NCBI GenBank assembly: GCA_017999895.1
Contig: JAGNKY010000016.1
Location: forward strand, 2,888-66,887
DNA length: 64,000 nucleotides
From: Bacteroidales bacterium
GTDB taxonomy: Bacteria; Bacteroidota; Bacteroidia; Bacteroidales; VadinHA17
Direction: 5' to 3'
Notes under the pieces: generated by a model
What the model was told of the DNA's origin: nothing
The model's database searches: none
The model's input: only the letters and a program-made list of their open reading frames with translations
In this document: piece after piece, positions 56,998-64,000 of the stretch
How positions within the stretch are numbered: the first letter of the stretch is position 1
Layout: each line of letters starts with the position of its first letter
Program-made: the position numbers and the translations under genes

Positions 56998-59812
56998 AAT
57001 ATTTTATAAAAAGTTTTTTAAGATCATCTATTCTGACAGGTTTGGGAATGAATTCCTTAATTCCGCACAGTTCTGCTTTTTTACGTGTTTCAGGCATGTT
57101 GTCGGCAGTGAAAGCCACAATAATCATATCTTTATGAACTTCCATTATCCTCCTTGCTGCTTCAAATCCATCCATCTCCGGCATAAGCAAATCCATAAAA
57201 ATAATATCATATTTTTTATTTTTTGCCATTATATAACCGTCATAACCCTCTTCTGCTATTTCTACTTTATGACCCAGACTATTCAACATTTTTGCCATAA
57301 TTTTCTGGTTCATTTTGTTATCATCAACTAAAAGTATGTTTAATTCGCGCTTTGTTATCTCTTCCTGAAATATTGGATTGTCAGATTCAATACGAAACGC
57401 TTCGGTAAGAGCATTGTGAAATTCACTGTAATCGAAAGGTTTTACAAGATAAAAATCTACTCCAAGATTTATGCATCTAAGATAATTGCCCTTCCTATCA
57501 TTTGAGCTTATCATAATAATTCTGTAATAAATCGAGAGCTCATTATCCCATAACTGCTGGGCAATATCCAGTCCGTCAATAAATTCATCGTCGGTAATGA
57601 TAATAAGATCATATTTTTCATCTTTACTTATTGAATTTATTTTTAGCTGATTAATTGTTGACTTTGTAAAAGAAGTTACGGACAACTGCAAACCTGAACG
57701 GTGAATAAGAGCCAGAAGATCCTCGTCCCTTGTTTGTGGACTTGTAATAATAAGTGCTTTAATATTGTTTATCTCTTTTTTACCTGATAAATCAATGTTC
57801 TTTATTACCCGTTCGTTAGAATAAACCTGAATTGTAAAAGATACTTTAGTTCCGTTTTTTCCGTCAATACCTGATGGACTTACTGCAGTCAATCGCCCTC
57901 CCATTAGCTCAACAAGCTGGCGTGCTATTAAAGTCGCAAATCCCGATTCAAAACTATTTCTGGAAATTTTAGATTCGGTATATATAAAATCTCCGAAAAT
58001 CTTTTTCAATTCTGCACTGTCAAAAGCTTTTCCATTATCGAGTATTTCAAAACCAAGTGTTATTAAACCATTTTTATTTAACTCTAAACTGCATTCAACA
58101 TAAACTTTACCATTTTCTGTATTAGTTATTGAATTGTTTATCAGATTCACAAGTACCTGTCTGAGCCTGTAAGGATCTCCAATAACGCTTTCCGGAACAT
58201 CTTCCTCGATATTGCACATAATTGATACATTTTTTTCAGCTGCATTGGTTTTAACAAGGTCGACTGCATAAAATATTTCTTCTCTGATATTAAAAGGAAT
58301 TTCTTCGAGAAACATTTTCCCTGTTTCAATTTTTGAAAAATCAAGAATATCATTAATAATCCCAAGCAGTACTTCTGTTGATCGTCTTAGAAGATGGACA
58401 ATATCCATCACTTCAGCAGGAAGTTCATACCTGCTGAGTATGTCCGACATACCGATAATTCCGTTAAGTGGAGTCCTTATTTCATAACTCATCCTTGTGA
58501 GGAATTCTGTCTTTGCTATATTGGCTTTCTCTTCCTGCTTTCTGGCCGACTCAAACATTGTAACGTCCATCAGAATATCAAGTGTTGCTTCCTGACCCTG
58601 GTAGGATATAGGGATACTGCTTCTGAAAAGTATTATCTCCTCAGCCACTTTCCTGATTACAATAAATTGCTCAGGGGCGAATTTCCCTGCAAGGTATTTT
58701 GAGAAGTATTCATTTTCACCATCAAAATTTGTTTCAGGAAATATTTTACCTATCATCTCATCTTCCATATTATACGAATAATACTCGGCAGCAATCTTAT
58801 TAGCTTCCAGAATTTCCCTCTTGCTGTTATATATTATTACTCCTACAGGCATCTGACTTATAAGCTGTTTAAGGATTCTTTTCGATTCAGTAAGTTCCTT
58901 AATAGATTCTTGTTGCTTGTTTAGATATCGCCAGAAAACCAAAATTATTATCAGAATTAAAATAAGTGTAATTGTTACAATTAATAACGAATTGCGAATT
59001 ATATATTTCTGGAAAAAAACAGTAGGAGCTGAAAAAACTATTCCAATATCACGTAGTAGTAATTGAGTTGAAAAATATGATGAGAGTACTTCGAATTTTT
59101 TTCCTCCGATAGTTGCCGAGTGAACTATATTCGCAACAATACCTTCTTGCAAGTCGGAAATGATTTTGTTTATCTCCGAATAGACAGGGACATTCTCGTT
59201 ATTATCGTAAATAATTTCACCATCGTCTGCCAGCACCCATTGCCACTGGTAATCTTTTAAATTGTATTTAGAAAAGAGCTTGTTAAAATATTTTTTATAA
59301 TCAACAGTTACCTCGATGTTACCGGTTGGTTGGCCGTTAACAAAAAATACACCGTAATAATTGAATTCATTGCCATTTTTATTTAGCACTTCCTTTGTCT
59401 CAATCTTTCTTTGATCAAGAGAAATAAATTCACTTTCAATCCATTCATTTTTCGACTCATCTTTTGAAAGAGTATATTCATTCAAATTATTATCATACAA
59501 TCTTATTTTTGTTATAAAATCACGGTATTTGGAATAAAAGAGTTTCATCTGTTCGGTGATTGCATACTTTATTTCTGGCCGCGATTTATCAAAGAACTTT
59601 AACGGATCTTTAGTATTATAAATAATTTGATTAAGATCGCTTGTAAAAGCATAATTTATACTGTCAACCTCAAGACCTACTATCTGAACTTGTCTGTCGA
59701 GAAGCTCCACTATATAATTTGTTTGTTGCCGATATAGATTTCTATAATAGAAGAAATTTATCAGCAAAATCAGAATGAACGCTGAATTGACAATAATCAG
59801 AATTCTTCTCAT
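56981..59812 (-). CDS. hybrid sensor histidine kinase / response regulator
   Basis: 943 aa. Periplasmic sensor between two TM helices, a PAS-like segment, H-box MSYEIRTPLNGIIGMSD, an HATPase domain, and a C-terminal receiver (ILLVDDNKMNQKI...IIFMDLLMPEMDG). Confidence 0.9.
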   Translation of the reverse strand: MRRILIIVNSAFILILLINFFYYRNLYRQQTNYIVELLDRQVQIVGLEVDSINYAFTSDLNQIIYNTKDPLKFFDKSRPEIKYAITEQMKLFYSKYRDFITKIRLYDNNLNEYTLSKDESKNEWIESEFISLDQRKIETKEVLNKNGNEFNYYGVFFVNGQPTGNIEVTVDYKKYFNKLFSKYNLKDYQWQWVLADDGEIIYDNNENVPVYSEINKIISDLQEGIVANIVHSATIGGKKFEVLSSYFSTQLLLRDIGIVFSAPTVFFQKYIIRNSLLIVTITLILILIIILVFWRYLNKQQESIKELTESKRILKQLISQMPVGVIIYNSKREILEANKIAAEYYSYNMEDEMIGKIFPETNFDGENEYFSKYLAGKFAPEQFIVIRKVAEEIILFRSSIPISYQGQEATLDILMDVTMFESARKQEEKANIAKTEFLTRMSYEIRTPLNGIIGMSDILSRYELPAEVMDIVHLLRRSTEVLLGIINDILDFSKIETGKMFLEEIPFNIREEIFYAVDLVKTNAAEKNVSIMCNIEEDVPESVIGDPYRLRQVLVNLINNSITNTENGKVYVECSLELNKNGLITLGFEILDNGKAFDSAELKKIFGDFIYTESKISRNSFESGFATLIARQLVELMGGRLTAVSPSGIDGKNGTKVSFTIQVYSNERVIKNIDLSGKKEINNIKALIITSPQTRDEDLLALIHRSGLQLSVTSFTKSTINQLKINSISKDEKYDLIIITDDEFIDGLDIAQQLWDNELSIYYRIIMISSNDRKGNYLRCINLGVDFYLVKPFDYSEFHNALTEAFRIESDNPIFQEEITKRELNILLVDDNKMNQKIMAKMLNSLGHKVEIAEEGYDGYIMAKNKKYDIIFMDLLMPEMDGFEAARRIMEVHKDMIIVAFTADNMPETRKKAELCGIKEFIPKPVRIDDLKKLFIKYFSYNN

Positions 59813-59872
59813 CCTGTTGTTATTTGAATAATATTATAAAAATAAATGATTTTATTATATACACGCAAATGC

Positions 59873-60805
59873 TTACCGGTATTTTCTGTTTTCATCTTCA
59901 AGAATATTAAGGTAACTACGATATCTCCTCCTGTCTATTTCTCCTGTTTCAAGAGCTTGTCTAACTGCACATCCCGGTTCATTTACATGAAGGCAATTAT
60001 GAAACTTACATTCCGCTGATTTCCGAAATATTTCCGGGAAAAAATGGTATATCTCATTCTTTTCCATATCAATTATTCCAAAAGCTCTTATTCCAGGCGT
60101 GTCTATTATAAAACCACCAAAGGGCATGGCATGCATCTCAGGGAAAGTTGTTATATGCTTCCCCTGCTCATGATATGTTGAGATTTCCTCTGTTTTAAGA
60201 TTCAAGGAAGGATTAAGATAATTAAGCAGAGAACTTTTACCCACTCCTGAATTGCCAGCAACTAGAGTTATTTTATCTTTCAATATTTCAACCAGAGCAC
60301 TAATATTCTCTCCGGTCTTTACCGAAATGCCGAAGCAACAATATCCTATTTTTGAGTACAGGTTAATAAGGTTATTCATTTTTGTAGTTTCAACATCATT
60401 ATACAGGTCGGTCTTATTAAAAATAATAAAAGTCTTTATTCTATAAGCTTCAGATGTTGCAAGAAATCTGTCAATAAATTCCTGTTGTGTCTCGGGCATT
60501 TTTATTGTAACCATCAGAAGTACCTGGTCAATATTTGCAGCAATGATATGATATTGTTTCGAGAGATTTGAAGCCTTGCGTATTATATAATTCTTCCTCT
60601 CTTCAATCTCAGTTATAATGCCGGTATCTTTACCCTGTTCAATAGTAAACCTGACATGATCACCCACGGCAATAGGATTTGTTGTATTTATTTCTTTAAT
60701 TCTAAAACGTCCTTTTATCACGCATTCCGTGATTTCTCCATTTTGCCCGAGTACTCTATAACGGCTTCCCGTTGATTTTATTACTATTCCTTTTCCCAAA
60801 GCCAC
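59873..60805 (-). CDS. rsgA: ribosome small-subunit-dependent GTPase A
   Basis: 310 aa. OB domain, circularly permuted GTPase (NKTDL ... GNSGVGKSSLLN) and a zinc knuckle (CKFHNCLHVNEPGCAV). Confidence 0.9.
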   Translation of the reverse strand: MALGKGIVIKSTGSRYRVLGQNGEITECVIKGRFRIKEINTTNPIAVGDHVRFTIEQGKDTGIITEIEERKNYIIRKASNLSKQYHIIAANIDQVLLMVTIKMPETQQEFIDRFLATSEAYRIKTFIIFNKTDLYNDVETTKMNNLINLYSKIGYCCFGISVKTGENISALVEILKDKITLVAGNSGVGKSSLLNYLNPSLNLKTEEISTYHEQGKHITTFPEMHAMPFGGFIIDTPGIRAFGIIDMEKNEIYHFFPEIFRKSAECKFHNCLHVNEPGCAVRQALETGEIDRRRYRSYLNILEDENRKYR

Positions 60806-60957
60806 ACTTTTTTCAAATGTAAGTAAAAGAAGTAAATGCCAGTTTATTACTACCTTATTTTTGTAATCAGTCTTCCGTATATAATAAATAATTTATATAT
60901 TAAGGAAAAAATAAGGGGCTTTCATTGAGCCCCTTATATAATGCTTTAAAGCCACAT

Positions 60958-62163
60958 TTATCCTTCTGCTGCCATAAGGAAAAATGGTTTCATTTCGAAG
61001 TTATGATAAAGAGGCCTGAGTCTTTCAATATTATAATATTCCTCAACATTTACAACTTTTTTCTGCGAAGTTACAATATCAATTGGGGCATTGTCATATC
61101 TTCCGTTCCTCAATACAATAATTCGTCCATGAATACCCTTAATAATAAGGTCGAGTGCCAGATTCCCGTAAGCCATCGGGACAATTGAATCAACAGCATC
61201 AGGATCGCCCCCACGAACCATATAACCAAGTCTCTGGTTTATAATGTTTATTGTTTTCCCATTGTTGAATTTTGAAGAAAGTTCTTTTACTCTTAATGAA
61301 ACAAGATCGCCAATGCCACCGAGTTTAGCATGACCATAAGGGTCTTTTTCGTCGGATGTAAAAACCATTTCTCCACCTTTAAACATAGCACCTTCCGAAA
61401 CTATAACAATGGAATATTTACTTGGATTCGTATTTCTATCCTCCACGAGAAGTTCTGTAAGCTGTTCAATATCGAATTTATACTCCGGTATAACACATCT
61501 GTGGGCGGCGCCTGCCATTGTAGGTAATATGGAAGTGAAGCCAGCATAACGCCCGAAGACCTCAAGAACAAGTATTCTTTCGTGCGATCCTGCTGATGTC
61601 CTTAACATATTAGCCATCTGAATCGTGCGTGTGACACATGTGCTAAAACCGATACAATAATCGGTACCGGGTACGTCATTATCCATGGTTTTAGGAATTG
61701 CCACTACCTTCACACCCTTGCTGGAAAGATGAACGGCATAGCTCAAAGTATCGTCACCTCCTATTGGAATCAGATAGTCAATCCCAAGCCATTCGAGATT
61801 TTTAATAACTTCGGGAGTAAGATCATTCATTTCATCATTATAAGTACTTTTAAGATGCTCCGGCACACTGTTCTTTGATACATGACTTGGCCTTGTCCGT
61901 GAAGTGTGAAGAAATGTTCCACCTGTACGGCCGGCTTTATTCACAATTTCATTTGTAAGCAACTGATAACAATTGCTGTTGTCAGCCTTATTATCCCTAA
62001 TTATTTCCATAATCCCGGCCCAGCCTCGTTTAAGTCCAATAACCTTATAGCCTTCCCTGTTAGCCCTTATTGTTACCGCTCTTATAGCAGGATTAAGCCC
62101 TGGAACATCACCTCCTCCGGTAAGAATCCCAATTACACCTTTAGTTGATTTTATATTTGCCAT
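60958..62163 (-). CDS. pfkA: 6-phosphofructokinase (ATP- or PPi-dependent not distinguishable by eye)
   Basis: 401 aa. GILTGGGDVPGLNPAIR, IGGDDT, PKTMDNDV, MVRGG. Confidence 0.85.
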   Translation of the reverse strand: MANIKSTKGVIGILTGGGDVPGLNPAIRAVTIRANREGYKVIGLKRGWAGIMEIIRDNKADNSNCYQLLTNEIVNKAGRTGGTFLHTSRTRPSHVSKNSVPEHLKSTYNDEMNDLTPEVIKNLEWLGIDYLIPIGGDDTLSYAVHLSSKGVKVVAIPKTMDNDVPGTDYCIGFSTCVTRTIQMANMLRTSAGSHERILVLEVFGRYAGFTSILPTMAGAAHRCVIPEYKFDIEQLTELLVEDRNTNPSKYSIVIVSEGAMFKGGEMVFTSDEKDPYGHAKLGGIGDLVSLRVKELSSKFNNGKTINIINQRLGYMVRGGDPDAVDSIVPMAYGNLALDLIIKGIHGRIIVLRNGRYDNAPIDIVTSQKKVVNVEEYYNIERLRPLYHNFEMKPFFLMAAEG

Positions 62164-62330
62164 AGATTTTGAATTTAATTTTTAAATTTTTTTCAACTTG
62201 CTAATTTAAGACAATTTAATTTTTTTACAAACATCTTATAAATATCGGACTTTTTTAGTTATCCTTATCGAGAAGAACTTCCAGGCTATTCATGTAAATT
62301 ATTATCTTTGAAACCTGTCAGTAACTAATT

Positions 62331-63119
62331 ATGATATACCATACTGATTATCATATTCATTCAGATTATAGTGACGGAAAAGCAAAGCCTGAAGAATACA
62401 TCGACATTGCAATAAAAAAAGGATTCAATGAAATAGGATTTTCAGAGCATCTAAACATTAAATACAACGATCCTGAATGGTGCATGGATCCGTTAAGGGT
62501 AGAAGATTACATTAAACATATCAATATTTTACGCAAAAGTCGTTCCGATATATTAATTAAAACAGGTCTTGAAGTTGATTTCTTCCCAGGTTACGAAAGA
62601 GAAATCGCAGAGTTTCTTAATCCTTATCCTCTCGATTACATTATAGGTTCCGTTCATTATATGGGCTCTGTAACTATTGACAGCGGCGAAGATTTCTACA
62701 AGGGGAAAAACATTGATAAACTCTTTGATGATTATTTCAGTCTTGTTTATGACACCGTCTCTTCAGAGCTTTTTGATTTAATTGCTCATTGTGATCTTAT
62801 AAGAATTTTCGGACACAATTATTCTTCCAGCCCTGAACCCTTTTACCGGCATCTTGCTTTTCTTATGGCAAAACATAATACTGCTTTCGAAATAAATACA
62901 AATGGTAAGAATAGACCTCTCGGCGAATTTTATCCCGACGTTCGTTTTATCCGCCTTTTCAGGGAAGAAAAAGTGCCGGTATGCGTTAATTCCGATGCAC
63001 ATTTTCCCGAGCGTGTTGGCCAGTATTTTGATGAAGCATATAAAATTCTTAAAGATGCAGGTTACACTGAGATGTGCATTTTCGATAAACGTCAAAGACA
63101 AATGATACCTGTACCCTGA
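62331..63119 (+). CDS. PHP-domain histidinol-phosphatase (HisJ family)
   Basis: 262 aa. DYHIHSDYSDG..., GFSEH, GSVH, AHCDL, NSDAH metal ligand series. Confidence 0.8.
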   Translation: MIYHTDYHIHSDYSDGKAKPEEYIDIAIKKGFNEIGFSEHLNIKYNDPEWCMDPLRVEDYIKHINILRKSRSDILIKTGLEVDFFPGYEREIAEFLNPYPLDYIIGSVHYMGSVTIDSGEDFYKGKNIDKLFDDYFSLVYDTVSSELFDLIAHCDLIRIFGHNYSSSPEPFYRHLAFLMAKHNTAFEINTNGKNRPLGEFYPDVRFIRLFREEKVPVCVNSDAHFPERVGQYFDEAYKILKDAGYTEMCIFDKRQRQMIPVP

Positions 63120-63128
63120 AAAAGGACT

Positions 63129-63689
63129 TCAGCTAAGTGAATGTTCAAGGAATATTTTAATCCCAATAGCAACAAGAATAAGTCCACCTACTATTTCTGT
63201 TTTTTTACCTGCTATTCTTCCTGCCGATTTTCCTATCCTTATAGCTATTATAGAAGCCAGAAAAGTAATTGCACCTATTATTATACCGGCAAACCAGATA
63301 TTTCCTTCAAGCATTGCAAAACTGATTCCAACTGCTCCCGCATCAACACTTGTGCCGAATGCAATAAGTAATAACCCTGTTGATTTTGTGTAATTACGAT
63401 TAACTGGTACTTCTTTATCCTTAAAGCCATCAATAATCATTCTCGTACCAATAAAAACCAGGATACCCAGAGCAACCCAGTGATCATAAGCGCCAATTAC
63501 CTTGCTTAAAATAAATCCGAGAAAATAACCTGCAATCGTAAGACCTCCTTGAAAAAAAGCCATAACAAAAGCAATTTTTGCTGCTCCGGAAAAACGGATC
63601 CTGTTCGACAATATTCCGATGCTTAGCGAAGCAGCAAAGGTATCAAACGAAAGCCCGAAAGCAATTGCGGTAACAGTAAGGAAATCCAT
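63129..63689 (-). CDS. mntP: manganese efflux pump MntP
   Basis: 186 aa, six TM helices. Duplicated motifs GLSFDTFAASLS and GTSVDAGAVG. Confidence 0.85.
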   Translation of the reverse strand: MDFLTVTAIAFGLSFDTFAASLSIGILSNRIRFSGAAKIAFVMAFFQGGLTIAGYFLGFILSKVIGAYDHWVALGILVFIGTRMIIDGFKDKEVPVNRNYTKSTGLLLIAFGTSVDAGAVGISFAMLEGNIWFAGIIIGAITFLASIIAIRIGKSAGRIAGKKTEIVGGLILVAIGIKIFLEHSLS

Positions 63690-63887
63690 CTGAAAAAAGA
63701 AGGTAAATGTAAGCAGAAAAATTCCAGGAATTAAACATTTGAAAAGACTTTTTGTATTAAACGGATTTATATCTATGTTTGCCCGATTTTGCCAAAAAAT
63801 TAAACCTGTTCTGGCTGATGCATGGCAGGTAAAAAATTAATGGAGCAATCATAAAATATTTTTGCCATTATATTTATTTTAAGTTTT

Positions 63888-64000
63888 ATGAGAGTTGTTA
63901 TTCAGCGTGTTAAACATGCAGCAGTATCATCGGACGGAAAACAAATCTCTGCAATTGGCCCTGGTTTACTGATATTTATCGGTATAGAATCGGCTGATAA
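63888..64000 (+). CDS. dtd: D-aminoacyl-tRNA deacylase, N-terminal fragment (continues past the window end)
   Basis: MRVVIQRVKHAAVSSDGKQISAIGPGLLIFIGIESAD matches the conserved Dtd N-terminus. Confidence 0.8.
   Translation, partial: MRVVIQRVKHAAVSSDGKQISAIGPGLLIFIGIESAD

Noticed and set aside
63690-63887. yybP-ykoY manganese riboswitch upstream of mntP
   Set aside because: I read the mntP-sense strand of the leader. The conserved GGGGAGTAG core and the paired four-way-junction segments are absent, and the region is simply AT-rich.

Overview
AT-rich chromosomal segment that looks Bacteroidota-like. This is inferred from gene content, TAnnTTTG-type promoter boxes and the lack of obvious Shine-Dalgarno sites. 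No searches were run, so every product call rests on motifs read by eye.

The left ~19 kb (about 0.9-19 kb, all minus strand) is a defence and mobile-element island built on a broken-up type I restriction-modification operon. hsdM (16717-18255) is separated by ~11 kb from hsdS-hsdR plus a DUF45/M48-like gene (931-5485). From hsdM towards hsdS, the gap holds:
- an IS200/RAYT-like tyrosine transposase unit bounded by hairpins
- a DUF262/DUF1524 (GmrSD-like) type IV restriction candidate
- a complete IS3-family element
- an IS-bounded cargo piece (Ser-type sulfatase plus a decayed glycoside-hydrolase-like gene)
- an orphan GC-richer 240-nt segment
- a truncated second hsdS 5' stub
- a two-gene cassette: a 273-aa PD-(D/E)xK-like protein followed by a 1051-aa Ski2/Hel308-type SF2 helicase

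This cassette is the best candidate for a defence system in the window. It has Hachiman-like architecture, but family membership is unverified. It is flanked by direct repeats of the hsdS 5' end.

A 1-kb intergenic stretch (18.3-19.3 kb) carries a duplicated ~150-nt hairpin/microsatellite element.

The right ~44 kb is ordinary core genome: three tRNAs (Arg-CCT, Gln-TTG, Asn-GTT), tyrS, efp, tsaB, rsgA, a phosphofructokinase, mntP, dtd, efflux components, oxidoreductases, sensor kinases, and an ECF sigma / anti-sigma / OMP trio. It also contains an SPFH-NfeD pair in which nfeD is split by a single-base homopolymer frameshift.
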